Shown: piece by piece, positions 1-11,218 of the stretch
How positions within the stretch are numbered: the first letter of the stretch is position 1
Layout of the letters: every line of letters begins with the position of its first letter
From: Prochlorococcus marinus str. NATL2A
GTDB lineage: Bacteria > Cyanobacteriota > Cyanobacteriia > PCC-6307 > Cyanobiaceae
DNA length: 32,000 bases
NCBI RefSeq assembly: GCF_000012465.1
Contig: NC_007335.2
Span: 1,380,001 to 1,412,000 of the forward strand
Reading direction: 5' to 3'
The notes under the pieces: generated by a model
What the model was told of the DNA's origin: nothing
The model's input: the letters and a program-made list of their open reading frames with translations, nothing else
The model's database searches: none
Program-made: the position numbers and the translations under genes

Positions 1-34
1 ATGTGCCTTTTTCAGATGCTGAGCGTGCTCGTCA

Positions 35-895
35 ATGGATGGAAAAACTTATGTCCAGAGCAAGATGCGACCTTTGAAATCACATAAAAGAAAAAAAATA
101 ACATCACATGAAAACAATCGAATATCAACTGAAAAAGTCTCGTTTATCACTCAAAATAAAAAATTTTTAACTGAACTTTGGCAATTACTTTTTTTTACTA
201 GCACTTCAACTTTTCTAATTCTTACATTTTTAAACCAAGCTTGGAAACCAATAAGTTTTGATCAAACTAAAATCACAGGTTTATCTGGAATAACAAAAAA
301 CGATATCAAAAAAACCACCACGATTTTTTATCCTAAAAATCTGTTGGAATTAAACCCAAAAGAAGTTGAATCTTATTTAATAAAAAAGTTTCCTATCAAA
401 GGAGTTTCAGTAAGCCGAAAGTTTTTCCCTCCCGAAATTCACATAAATGTTTTAGAAAGAGAGCCCATCGCATTTGCAAGTCGAGGTTTTTCAAAAGATA
501 GTGAAAAAGGAATGATTGATATTGAAGGATCTTGGATACCACTTCAATTTGTAAATAAATCAAAGCAAAATAAAATAAAGTTATCTATTGAAAATTGGAA
601 TCCAAATAAAAAAAAAGAAGTTTTTCTAATCATAAAAAATAGATTTATTTTTCAAAGCCCTCTTGAAAAAATCAAAATAAATCCTCTTCAGGAAATCAGC
701 CTAAAAACCGAGCACTTCGATTTAGTCCTTTTAGGATCAGGAACTGATCGCTTAATCGAGCAAATCAACAAACTCAACCAGCTACAAAAATCGTTGCCAA
801 ATCTTTTAATCAACACAAAAGTAAAAATCGTGGATCTGAAAGATCCAACCAAACCAGAATTAAAAGTAGAAAGAATATTGAACGATGAAGGGTGA
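35..895 (+). CDS. ftsQ: FtsQ-like cell division protein (basic N-terminus, single TM, POTRA-like periplasmic part)
   Basis: The ORF lies directly upstream of ftsZ on the same strand. It has a Lys/Arg-rich N-terminus, then one hydrophobic helix (LWQLLFFTSTSTFLILTFL), then about 200 aa of soluble region, which is FtsQ/DivIB architecture. The start is uncertain; ATG at 65 is an alternative. Confidence 0.6.
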   Translation: MDGKTYVQSKMRPLKSHKRKKITSHENNRISTEKVSFITQNKKFLTELWQLLFFTSTSTFLILTFLNQAWKPISFDQTKITGLSGITKNDIKKTTTIFYPKNLLELNPKEVESYLIKKFPIKGVSVSRKFFPPEIHINVLEREPIAFASRGFSKDSEKGMIDIEGSWIPLQFVNKSKQNKIKLSIENWNPNKKKEVFLIIKNRFIFQSPLEKIKINPLQEISLKTEHFDLVLLGSGTDRLIEQINKLNQLQKSLPNLLINTKVKIVDLKDPTKPELKVERILNDEG

Positions 896-1052
896 AACCC
901 TTGCTATAACATGACTATTTAAAGATCTTCAATATATCTAGGTCAATTCAAGGTCAATCATGGAAATTAATTTGTAAATCAATTTGAACCTATAAGCCAA
1001 CAGAATTCATGGATGATGTTCATAATGCCCAAAACGAGTTCTAATCCTGAAT

Positions 1053-2162
1053 ATGGTGATGGGAATGGGAAACAAATCTAGTTTCAACATGGACGAAGGA
1101 ATCCTACCCAGTCAATCTGCACGTATTGAGGTCATTGGCGTTGGGGGTGGTGGAAGTAATGCCGTCAACCGAATGATTAATAGTGACCTTGATGGAGTCA
1201 CATATCGGGTGCTTAACACAGACGCTCAAGCTCTCATACAATCATCCGCTACTCATAGAGTCCAGCTTGGCCAAAGTTTAACTAGAGGTCTTGGGGCTGG
1301 GGGCAATCCAAGTATTGGGCAAAAGGCAGCAGAAGAATCGAGAGCCGATCTTCAACAAGCCTTAGAAGGAGTAGACCTAGTATTTATTGCCGCTGGTATG
1401 GGAGGAGGTACCGGGACTGGAGCAGCCCCTGTAGTAGCTCAAGTTGCGAAAGAAAGTGGAGCTTTAACAGTAGGAATAGTTACAAAACCATTTAGTTTTG
1501 AAGGTAAGCGTCGTTTAAGACAAGCTGACGAAGGTATAGCAAGGCTTGCAGAGAATGTTGATACTTTAATTGTTATCCCAAACGACAGATTAAAAGACGT
1601 AATTTCAGGAGCCCCTTTGCAAGAAGCCTTCAGAAGTGCTGATGATGTTCTTATGAAAGGAGTTCAAGGAATAAGCGACATAATTACTTGTCCTGGTTTG
1701 GTGAATGTGGATTTTGCTGATGTGCGTTCTGTTATGACTGAAGCTGGTACTGCGCTTTTAGGCATTGGTTTAGGCTCTGGAAGGTCAAGAGCTTTGGAAG
1801 CAGCTCAAGCAGCAATCAATAGTCCTCTTTTAGAAGCAGCTCGAATAGATGGCGCAAAAGGATGTGTGATAAATATAACTGGAGGAAAAGATATGACTCT
1901 TGAAGATATGACATCTGCTTCTGAGGTCATATCCGATGTTGTAGATCCAGAAGCAAATATCATCGTTGGTACAGTTGTTGACGAAAAACTTGAGGGAGAG
2001 ATTCAGGTAACCGTTATTGCTACTGGATTCGACAGTAATCAAATCTATTCAAATGAAAGGAATAGAGCAAGACTTTCACCTAAATCACTTTACGAACAAC
2101 CAGAAGAGAGGGAAGCAGGGGCCTCTATTCCTGAGTTTTTACGTCTAAGACAAAATCGTTGA
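1053..2162 (+). CDS. ftsZ: Cell division GTPase FtsZ
   Basis: Carries the tubulin signature [13 protein letters not shown], the N-terminal [17 protein letters not shown] motif and the T7 region [11 protein letters not shown]. Length of 369 aa fits. The exact start among the MVMGM codons is uncertain. Confidence 0.95.
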   Translation: MVMGMGNKSSFNMDEGILPSQSARIEVIGVGGGGSNAVNRMINSDLDGVTYRVLNTDAQALIQSSATHRVQLGQSLTRGLGAGGNPSIGQKAAEESRADLQQALEGVDLVFIAAGMGGGTGTGAAPVVAQVAKESGALTVGIVTKPFSFEGKRRLRQADEGIARLAENVDTLIVIPNDRLKDVISGAPLQEAFRSADDVLMKGVQGISDIITCPGLVNVDFADVRSVMTEAGTALLGIGLGSGRSRALEAAQAAINSPLLEAARIDGAKGCVINITGGKDMTLEDMTSASEVISDVVDPEANIIVGTVVDEKLEGEIQVTVIATGFDSNQIYSNERNRARLSPKSLYEQPEEREAGASIPEFLRLRQNR

Positions 2163-2186
2163 GACTTATCAACTTACTCGGATTAA

Positions 2187-2286
2187 GGTGACCCGGAGTC
2201 CACGCCTGCTTTGAGCATCCCGTATGGCTGCTACCTTCCGGTCCTGACCAGATTTAAGCGTCACAGCCGCATGGGGCCGAGTCACC
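2187..2286 (-). ncRNA. ffs: Signal recognition particle RNA (bacterial small SRP / 4.5S RNA)
   Basis: The minus-strand reading contains CUGGUCAGGACCGGAAGGUAGCAGCCA, nearly identical to the E. coli 4.5S domain IV core (CAGGUCAGGUCCGGAAGGAAGCAGCCA) with its GGAA tetraloop. The ends GGUGAC...GUCACC pair to close a roughly 100-nt hairpin. By my count 62 of 100 positions are G/C in an otherwise AT-rich window, and no ORF covers it. Ends are approximate to about 10 nt. Confidence 0.85.
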
Positions 2287-2325
2287 AATACTCTAGCAAT
2301 TCGTAAACACGTTATTAAGAATTAA

Positions 2326-3144
2326 ATGCAAACCACAGAATTGGTTCGTTTTAAAAAGTTGGGCAAACAGATAAGTGTATTAACTGCTTGGGATGCTATC
2401 TCATCTTCAATAGTCGAGGCTGCAGGAGCTGATGTTGTTCTAGTGGGAGATTCACTTGGGATGGTTGTCTTGGGACATTCAACGACTCTTCCGGTAACAC
2501 TTGATCAAATGCTTCACCACACAAAGGCTGTTTGTAGAGGTTTTTGTAAACCTCTTTCAAAACAACCCTTAGTAGTTTGTGATCTCCCTTTTTTAAGTTA
2601 TCAATGTGGAGAGGACAAGGCTGTTGAAGCGGCTGGAACTCTCCTAAAAAACTCCACTGCTTCAGCAGTGAAACTGGAAGGAGCAGAACCTGAGACTTTA
2701 TTAGTAATTAAGAGACTTATTAGAATGGGGATTCCAGTCATGGGGCATCTTGGCCTAACTCCACAGTCAGTTCATCAACTTGGATATAAATCACAAGCTA
2801 GGGATAAAGATAGTCAAGAAAAAATTTTTAAAGATTCAAAAATGCTTCAAGAATCAGGATGTTTTGCAATCGTTTTAGAACATATTCCAGGAGAAATTGC
2901 CAGCAGATTAAAGAAACATATAGATATTCCTGTAATTGGCATTGGAGCTGGAAATGATTGTGATGGGCAGGTAAGAGTTACCGCTGATATTCTTGGCCTT
3001 TCAATTGCGCAGCCTCCTTTTGCAAAACCTTTACTTGCAGGAAGAGAACTTTGCATAAATGCCCTAAAAGAATGGATTAATTCTACTGATCTCGATCAAG
3101 TGAATCCCACCACAAAAACATCTGAATCAAAATCTGATTGCTAA
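2326..3144 (+). CDS. panB: 3-methyl-2-oxobutanoate hydroxymethyltransferase (pantothenate synthesis)
   Basis: The N-terminal region [52 protein letters not shown] and the later AVKLEGA and [13 protein letters not shown] blocks are typical PanB. The last 20 aa or so look non-conserved. Confidence 0.9.
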
Positions 3145-4315
3145 TTTGCATCCCCTTAGGATCACTTAAAAAATATCTACCATTGTGTCTTAATAGAAAT
3201 CCTTCATTTATAGAATTTAGCCAAAATTTCTCAAGTGATTTTAAATTCTTATCACATTTTTTTTGTGTCCATCCAGCATTTTTAGCAAGTTCCTCCAGAT
3301 GAATACCCTCACGTCTCCTGAGACCAATCATCAGAAGTTCATCCAATGGCATTGATTTTGACTTTTCAATAGACAAAGTTTTCTCTAATGTCTGACTCTC
3401 TTGCTGTTCAAGCCATTTTTTATAACCAGCAATTGTTCTTGGTCTAGAGAATCTTTCCCCCCAAGGAGCACTTGTTGCCCCCATCCCAAAGCCCCACCAA
3501 CCAGAACCACTCCAATACATGCGATTATGTCTAGATGCATGACCAGGCAATGAATAACTTGAAATCTCGTATCTAGCGAAACCTCTACTTTTCAGTAATC
3601 TAGTGGTTTCAAAATCTATTTTTTGAGATTCAGAATCAATTGGGATATTCAACTTCCCTTTTTTATGTAGTCTTCCAAAAACCGTATCTGGTTCGATAGT
3701 TAAATCATAAATTGACAAATGAGGGGCCTCCGTACTAACCGCTTGTTCCAACTCTTTAATCCACTTAGACAAATTTAATCCTGGAAGATTTTGAATCAAA
3801 TCAAGACTCCAGCTTCTTAGCATTCCTTTTTTAAATAAATTATTTACCCAATCACAAGCCTCAATTAATTGTGAACGATTATGTTTTCTACCAATTGAAG
3901 CCAAAGTACTGTCATCAAATGCCTGAGCACCCAAGCTAAATCTATTAATTCCAATCCCTATGTATCCATCCAGGTCGTTTTCAAAAAATGTTGCTGGATC
4001 AACCTCCATAGTTATCTCTGCACCATCTTGAAATCCAAATTTTCTTTGAAGATTTTTCAACAAATCACCCACCTCATTTTTTTTTAATAAAGAAGGGGTT
4101 CCACCGCCCAAATAGATTGTTGATAATGCAGGACCTTTAGGGGAGATTGAAATCTCTCTATGAAGTAAATCCAAATATGAGTTAATAGAAGTTATCCCTG
4201 GACTATCTGGAGATTGAGCGCTATCACCTAAAGGGATAATCGAAAAATCGCAGTAAAAACATCTTTTATGGCAAAAGGGTATATGCAAATATGCACTTCT
4301 TGGTGGGGCTACCAT
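3083..4315 (-). CDS. hemW: Radical SAM HemN-like protein (HemW/YggW type; often annotated as oxygen-independent coproporphyrinogen III oxidase)
   Basis: Has the radical SAM cluster motif [16 protein letters not shown] (CxxxCxxC), a GGGTPS block and an HNRMYW motif. At 410 aa it fits the HemW/HemN-like family better than full-length HemN. Confidence 0.85.
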
Positions 4316-4423
4316 TTGAGCTCCAGATATACAAACCCAAATAAATGGTCACTTTTACAATCCAAATCTTTGAAAATAAATAAAGCTTTAGTAAAAAACG
4401 AAAAGCAAGCATAACCTGAATAT

Positions 4424-5533
4424 ATGGCAGACCTAGTTATTCTGGTTTTATTTCTTATATCAGGTGCAATCACCGGATGGATTGGAGTGAATTGGTTACC
4501 TGAGGAGACTTTAGATCATATAACTAATCTAAGAAATTTAAAAATTGCTTTATCAGGATTAAGCGCTCTTATAGGCCTGTTAATAGCCTTCCTTTTTCAG
4601 CAATTTAGAAATAAATTAACTAAAAGAATAAGAACTATGCCAACAGATCTACTAGTTAGTAGATCTGTTGGCATAGTTCTCGGGCTTGTCATAGCAACAC
4701 TTTTATTAGTTCCTTTACTACTTTTACCTTTACCCTCTGAATTGTTTTTTGTAAAGCCTATTTTTGCTGTACTTAGCAACATTTTTTTTGGAGTACTTGG
4801 ATATAACCTTGCGGAAGTTCATGGACGAACCGTTTTACGTCTATTCAACCCAAATAGCACTGAATCTTTGTTAGTGGCAGATGGGATTTTAACTCCAGCC
4901 AGTGCAAAAGTTTTAGATACAAGTGTAATAATTGATGGTCGCATTCAGGCCCTCCTTAGATTTGGGCTTATAGAAGGGCAAATAATCGTAGCTCAATCAG
5001 TTATGGATGAGCTTCAAAAACTATCTGACTCAAGTAACAACGAAAAAAGAGGAAAAGGAAGAAGAGGACTAAAATTACTTAACCAATTAAGAGAAAGTTA
5101 TGGAAGAAGATTAGTTATAAACAGTACTAGATATGAAGGGGAAGGAACTGATGAAATTCTTTTAAAATTAACCTCAGACATTTCAGGAATATTAATTACT
5201 GTCGATTACAACTTATCTCAAGTAGCTCTAGTCCAAGAAATAAAAGTACTTAACCTAAGTGATTTAGTACTTGCAGTTAGGCCTGAAGTTCAACCTGGTG
5301 AGAAGTTAAATTTAAAAGTAGTTAGAGAAGGTAAGGAAAACTCACAAGGTATTGCTTATCTTGAAGATGGCACAATGGTAGTTATTGAGGAGGGTCTCCA
5401 ATGGATCGGTAAAAGAATAGAAGTAGTTGTGACTGGAGCATTACAAACACCGACGGGCCGAATGGTTTTTAGTAAAGCTTCAAATGATCAGCCCCCGAAC
5501 AAATTTGAAAAAACAAAAGCATCTCAAGGCTAG
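4424..5533 (+). CDS. Integral membrane PIN-domain plus TRAM-domain protein (YacL-like)
   Basis: About four N-terminal hydrophobic helices are followed by a PIN-like segment (KVLDTSVIIDGRI...) and a C-terminal TRAM-like beta segment (GKRIEVVVTGALQTPTGRMVFSK). Confidence 0.7.
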   Translation: MADLVILVLFLISGAITGWIGVNWLPEETLDHITNLRNLKIALSGLSALIGLLIAFLFQQFRNKLTKRIRTMPTDLLVSRSVGIVLGLVIATLLLVPLLLLPLPSELFFVKPIFAVLSNIFFGVLGYNLAEVHGRTVLRLFNPNSTESLLVADGILTPASAKVLDTSVIIDGRIQALLRFGLIEGQIIVAQSVMDELQKLSDSSNNEKRGKGRRGLKLLNQLRESYGRRLVINSTRYEGEGTDEILLKLTSDISGILITVDYNLSQVALVQEIKVLNLSDLVLAVRPEVQPGEKLNLKVVREGKENSQGIAYLEDGTMVVIEEGLQWIGKRIEVVVTGALQTPTGRMVFSKASNDQPPNKFEKTKASQG

Positions 5534-5571
5534 ATCTAGCTAGGCTCGAATTCAATAAGACTTAACTTCAT

Positions 5572-6246
5572 ATGACTGCATCTTCCCCATATTATGGCGA
5601 CTCTGCCGTAATGAGAACTCCGCCCCCTGATTTGCCATCACTTCTTCTAAAAGAAAGGATCGTTTATTTAGGCTTGCCATTATTTTCCGATGATGATGCC
5701 AAAAGGCAACTTGGAATGGATGTAACTGAACTAATTATTGCCCAACTTCTTTTTCTGGAATTTGATAATTCTGAGAAACCTATTTATTTTTATATAAACT
5801 CAACTGGAACAAGCTGGTACACAGGAGATGCAATTGGATTTGAAACTGAAGCCTTTGCAATCTGCGACACCCTCAGATACGTCAAGCCTCCCGTGCATAC
5901 TATTTGCATAGGCCAAGCGATGGGGACCGCAGCAGTAATACTTTCAGCAGGAACAAAAGGTCAACGTGCAGCATTACCTCATGCATCTATAGTCCTTCAT
6001 CAGCCTAGAAGTGGGGCTCAAGGCCAAGCAACTGATATTCAAATCAGGGCGAATGAGGTTATTCACAATAAGAAAGCCATGCTAGAAATACTTAGTCATA
6101 ACACTGGAAGATCAGTAGATCAATTATCCAAAGACTCTGATCGAATGAGTTATTTGAACCCTCATGAAGCAGTTGATTATGGGATTATAGATCGCGTTCT
6201 TACTAGTAGAAAAGACTTGCCAAGCGAGAAAGTTTTGTCCACATAA
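5572..6246 (+). CDS. clpR: ClpR, ClpP-like subunit lacking the nucleophile serine
   Basis: Aligns to the downstream ClpP, but the GLAASMGAF block reads GQAMGTAAV, with Gly at the Ser position. It also has an N-terminal extension and an insertion (SWYTGDAIGFETE). It sits immediately upstream of a canonical clpP, as in the cyanobacterial clpR-clpP3 operon. Confidence 0.85.
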   Translation: MTASSPYYGDSAVMRTPPPDLPSLLLKERIVYLGLPLFSDDDAKRQLGMDVTELIIAQLLFLEFDNSEKPIYFYINSTGTSWYTGDAIGFETEAFAICDTLRYVKPPVHTICIGQAMGTAAVILSAGTKGQRAALPHASIVLHQPRSGAQGQATDIQIRANEVIHNKKAMLEILSHNTGRSVDQLSKDSDRMSYLNPHEAVDYGIIDRVLTSRKDLPSEKVLST

Positions 6247-6306
6247 CCAAATTATTTTTACGAATTTTTAAATCATTACCCTCAACTACTAAACAACAAA
6301 TTAGCC

Positions 6307-6909
6307 ATGCCAATAGGTACTCCAAGCGTTCCATACCGTCTTCCAGGAAGTCAATTCGAAAGATGGGTTGATATTTACACAAGACTAGGTGCGGAAAGAA
6401 TTCTATTCCTTGGTCAAGAAGTAAACGACGGAATTGCAAATAGCCTCGTAGCACAAATGCTTTATCTTGATTCTGAGGATAGTAGCAAGCCGATCTATTT
6501 GTATATCAATAGTCCTGGAGGGTCTGTAACCGCGGGTTTAGCTATCTATGACACGATGAAATATGTAAAAAGCGACCTAGTAACTATTTGTGTTGGGTTG
6601 GCGGCCTCGATGGGTGCTTTTTTACTCTCTGCAGGAACAAAAGGCAAAAGGCTTGCATTACCCCACAGCAGAATCATGATTCACCAGCCACTTGGCGGTA
6701 CTGCGCAAAGACAAGCAAGTGACATAGAGATTGAAGCACGTGAAATTCTTAGAATCAAAGAAATGCTCAATAAATCAATGGCAGAGATGACGGGACAAAC
6801 ATATGAAAAGATAGAAAAAGATACTGATCGTGATTACTTTTTGAGCGCGGAAGAAGCAAAAAATTACGGCCTAATCGACCGAGTAATTACACATCCAAGT
6901 GAAAGTTAA
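6307..6909 (+). CDS. clpP: ATP-dependent Clp protease proteolytic subunit
   Basis: Shows canonical ClpP blocks [33 protein letters not shown] and IMIHQPLGG, with Ser, His and Asp all present. Confidence 0.92.
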   Translation: MPIGTPSVPYRLPGSQFERWVDIYTRLGAERILFLGQEVNDGIANSLVAQMLYLDSEDSSKPIYLYINSPGGSVTAGLAIYDTMKYVKSDLVTICVGLAASMGAFLLSAGTKGKRLALPHSRIMIHQPLGGTAQRQASDIEIEAREILRIKEMLNKSMAEMTGQTYEKIEKDTDRDYFLSAEEAKNYGLIDRVITHPSES

Positions 6910-7014
6910 GATGAAAAGTTCGACGTTCTTATTAATTAAATTATCTTGATAGTCAAAAAAATATATCAATGAAAGTGGTTTCAATAGCACTCTATTTCGT
7001 AAGCTCAGCCTTAA

Positions 7015-8034
<1,020 letters not shown>

Positions 8035-8039
8035 ATATC

Positions 8040-9044
8040 ATTCACTTAATCTTAGTTGCTGTTATTCTTGACCTTTTAATAGGTGATCCAAAAAGCTTGC
8101 CACACCCTGTTCAATTTATGGGTTTGGTTATTAGTTTTTTAAAAGGGTTAACAGAGAGAATTGCGAAAGAAAATAAATCGAAGTTATATATAGGAGGATT
8201 AATAATTACACTTTTAGTTGTATCATTAAGTGGTATATGTGGATGGATGATAGAAAGATTATTTTTATTTTTTGACATAAAAAATCCTATATTAAGTACA
8301 TTATTTTTTTGTTTGATTATAAGCAGTTCTCTTGCTTCAAGAAGTCTTAATAAAAGTATTCTTGAAATTTTAAATATAATAAAAAAAGAAAACACTATAG
8401 ATAATTTGAGTAATTTAAGACAAAAATTAAGTCTTATAGTTGGTAGAGATGTCGAGAATCTTGATATAAATGAAATTCTTAGAGCCTTAGCTGAAACAGC
8501 AAGTGAAAATTCTGTGGATGGTATCTTTGCTCCATTATTTTGGATGTTTTTAGGAACTATTTTCTGGGAATTCAATCAATCCATGCCAGGGCCATTGGCG
8601 ATGGCATGGATCTTCAAAGCATCTAGCACCATTGATTCAATGCTTGGATATAAAGAAGGGAAATTAAAGTGGCTTGGCTTTACTGGTGCGAAGCTGGATG
8701 ATCTAATGGTATGGCTACCCTCAAGAATTGTATTAATTACTCTTCCTTTTTGCTGCAAAACAAAGCAGTCAATTTTCAAAACAATAAAAAATTCTTGGAA
8801 GGATGGAATTGTTGACTCTTCGCCAAACTCAGGAATTTCTGAAGCAATTTTTGCTTATTGTGCCGAAGTAAAAATGGGGGGGGTAAACTATTACAAAGGG
8901 CAAAAAAGTATAAAGCCAATAATTGCAGAACCATACCCTATGGCAAGTATTAATTCAGTCAGAAAAATACTTGGTCTTAGTCTTAGGCTTGAGCTAGTTT
9001 GGCTTGTAGGTTTTTACTTGATTATAAAATTTATAAATTTATAA
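8040..9044 (+). CDS. cbiB: Adenosylcobinamide-phosphate synthase (CobD/CbiB family)
   Basis: A multi-TM protein with CbiB-like blocks. The hallmark N-terminal motif LDLLIGDPKSLPHPV is encoded at 8067-8111, partly upstream of the first canonical start (TTG at 8097). I therefore extended the 5' end to an in-frame ATT at 8040. The frame opens after the TAA at 8022-8024, and the true start is unresolved. Confidence 0.8.
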   Translation: MHLILVAVILDLLIGDPKSLPHPVQFMGLVISFLKGLTERIAKENKSKLYIGGLIITLLVVSLSGICGWMIERLFLFFDIKNPILSTLFFCLIISSSLASRSLNKSILEILNIIKKENTIDNLSNLRQKLSLIVGRDVENLDINEILRALAETASENSVDGIFAPLFWMFLGTIFWEFNQSMPGPLAMAWIFKASSTIDSMLGYKEGKLKWLGFTGAKLDDLMVWLPSRIVLITLPFCCKTKQSIFKTIKNSWKDGIVDSSPNSGISEAIFAYCAEVKMGGVNYYKGQKSIKPIIAEPYPMASINSVRKILGLSLRLELVWLVGFYLIIKFINL

Positions 9045-9046
9045 AT

Positions 9047-9799
9047 TCAAAAAGCACCTCTATCCATTGGAAAGAGTAAAACGCCTAACGTAAGAATAAT
9101 GATTTCCAAATCAAGTAGAAAATTTCTATTTCTTGCATAAAACAAATCTAATTCAACCCTTTTTTTGTAACTCAGATTATTTCTACCACTAACCTGCCAT
9201 AATCCAGTTAGTCCTGGTCTAACTGATATAACCTCTTCCATAAAAAGACTGTATTTAATAATCTCATTACTAACTATTGGTCTTGGTCCAACAACACTCA
9301 TTTCCCCTTTCAAAACATTAAAGAATTGGGGTAATTCATCTAAACTAGATCGTCGAAGAAATCTTCCTAATTTTGTTATTCTTGGATCTTGACGTAATTT
9401 AAAATCTTTTTCAAATTCCTTTCTCATAAGCGGATATTTTTCTAATAAGTTTGGTAGTAAATCATCAGCATCTTTATACATAGTACGAAACTTTATACAT
9501 CCAAATTCTCTATAGTTTCTACCTACTCTTTTTTGTATATAAAAAACTGATCCGGGAGAACTTAACTTTACTAATATTGCAATTGAGATAAATATTGGTG
9601 AACCTAAGGTTAAAACAATCAAAGAAAAAATAATATCTCCTATTCTTTTTAATGTGCGTCCAGATCGACTTTGATTTCTTATTATTTCTACAGCAGGCAA
9701 AGAGGATGGCTCTTTTGAGATGACTTCATACGGAATTGTTGGAGAGCCTTTACGGAACTCAGACCATCGCAATAAAGATTTTCTAGGATTAGTTTGCAC
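9047..9799 (-). CDS. Polyprenyl-phosphate sugar-phosphate transferase (bacterial sugar transferase, WbaP/EpsL-like)
   Basis: One TM helix is followed by the conserved C-terminal domain: SLDELPQFFNVLKGEMSVVGPRP ... RPGLTGLWQVSGRN ... DLFYARNRNFLLDLEII. Confidence 0.85.
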   Translation of the reverse strand: MQTNPRKSLLRWSEFRKGSPTIPYEVISKEPSSLPAVEIIRNQSRSGRTLKRIGDIIFSLIVLTLGSPIFISIAILVKLSSPGSVFYIQKRVGRNYREFGCIKFRTMYKDADDLLPNLLEKYPLMRKEFEKDFKLRQDPRITKLGRFLRRSSLDELPQFFNVLKGEMSVVGPRPIVSNEIIKYSLFMEEVISVRPGLTGLWQVSGRNNLSYKKRVELDLFYARNRNFLLDLEIIILTLGVLLFPMDRGAF

Positions 9800-9860
9800 A
9801 AATTATTAAGGTAGTAAGCTCACTACTCGAATAAGATCACACCTTACTTAATTAGGATTT

Positions 9861-11084
9861 TCATGATGAAGAAGTAAGGTCACTAGTAGCAATGTCACAA
9901 GAATTGACATGTTCCCTCCAAGCTCTATTTATGGTTTTGGCAAATTTATCTTTAAAAGAATCTTGAGAAAAAGAATTACTCCAATCTCTAATTAACTCAG
10001 GTTTTAAATCTCTCCAAAGTTGCTTTTGCTTGAAAAATTCGATTGCTTCAACCAGGGACTTTACTGTCTGAGAAGGGAACAAAAGGCCAGTTGCTCCTTT
10101 GTCAGAATCAGAATGAAAACATTTAACCGTATCTAAAACCCCTCCCTTACCAAAAGCAATCACAGGAGCACCTGAGGCCATCGCCTCCACAGGAGCTATT
10201 CCAAAATCTTCAATACCAGCGTAGACAAAGGCTCTACATCTGCTCATTAGACTTTCAATCTTCTCTTTGCTTTGAAAACCAATAATTTGAACAGTTGGAC
10301 CTGCAAGTTTTTTTAAATATTCCTTTTCCACTCCGTCGCCAACAATTATTAAAGGTAATTTGAGCCTATTAAAAGCCCTAACAAGTAAATCAACCCTTTT
10401 ATTAGGAACCAATCTACAGACACTTAAATAGAAATCTTCCCTAGGCCTATTCCATTCAAAACGATTTACATCTACAGGTGGATGTAACACCTCTGAACGC
10501 CTTCTCCAATACTTCCAAATCCTTTTTGCCGTAAAATTAGAATTGGCCAGCAAGTAATCTACTCTTGAGCTACTTAATTGATCCCATTGCCTCAAAGTAT
10601 GCAATTGCCATCTAATTAACGGCCCTAAACCAATTCTTCTTAAAAAAGATCTTTTCAAATATATATTCATTTGATCCCAAGCGTATCTAACAGGTGTATG
10701 GACATAACTAATATGAAGTTGATCAGGCGATGTCAAAATACCCTTAGCGACAAGATGATTACTGCTTAAGATCAATGGATACCCCTCAAAATCGAGTTGC
10801 TCAATCGCAAAAGGCAAAAGTGGTAAATATTGTTGAACATGTGAAATCCCGAATGGTAAATTTTGAATAAAGCTAGTTTTTACTTTTCGATTAAATAACC
10901 AGCTATTTTTTTCTAACCTCTCTTCATTAACCAAAGAAAATAGTTCTGGCTTTGATGCAATTTCAGTTAACAAATCATCAATTACCTGAACAACATTCTC
11001 AGCACCTCCTGTCGATCTTGGAGTAAACCACTCATGCACTAATGCAATATTGCTTGGAAGATCTAAAGATGAATTTACGCTCAA
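9861..11084 (-). CDS. Glycosyltransferase, GT4 (GT-B fold, RfaG-like)
   Basis: The C-terminal nucleotide-sugar-binding block AFVYAGIEDFGIAPVEAMASGAPVIAFGKGGVLDTV carries the E-x7-E motif. The size and N-terminal HEWF...GGAE block fit GT4. Confidence 0.8.
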   Translation of the reverse strand: MSVNSSLDLPSNIALVHEWFTPRSTGGAENVVQVIDDLLTEIASKPELFSLVNEERLEKNSWLFNRKVKTSFIQNLPFGISHVQQYLPLLPFAIEQLDFEGYPLILSSNHLVAKGILTSPDQLHISYVHTPVRYAWDQMNIYLKRSFLRRIGLGPLIRWQLHTLRQWDQLSSSRVDYLLANSNFTAKRIWKYWRRRSEVLHPPVDVNRFEWNRPREDFYLSVCRLVPNKRVDLLVRAFNRLKLPLIIVGDGVEKEYLKKLAGPTVQIIGFQSKEKIESLMSRCRAFVYAGIEDFGIAPVEAMASGAPVIAFGKGGVLDTVKCFHSDSDKGATGLLFPSQTVKSLVEAIEFFKQKQLWRDLKPELIRDWSNSFSQDSFKDKFAKTINRAWREHVNSCDIATSDLTSSS

Positions 11085-11218
11085 AGTAATATCCTTAAAT
11101 CCTAAAATTATTTTTATTTTATTACAACATAGATATTATGACAAGATATGATAAAATTATCAATTGTTCAAAATTAAATTATTTTTCACTAAGCGTAATA
11201 GCTTATCAAATTATTTTC

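Noticed and set aside
1-87. Possible 3' end of an upstream gene at the left edge. Frame 3 reads ...FSDAERARQWMEKLMSRARCDL and stops at 75-77. Frame 1 reads MCLFQMLSVLVNGWKNLCPEQDATFEIT and stops at 85-87.
   Set aside because: The fragment is too short to identify and two frames are open, so I cannot tell which is coding, if either. It would overlap the ftsQ-like start at 35, which is one reason that start is uncertain.
8035-8096. I looked for a cobalamin riboswitch or other leader upstream of cbiB.
   Set aside because: There is essentially no non-coding space. The cbiB frame is open from 8025 and encodes conserved CbiB residues, and no GC-rich structured segment is present.
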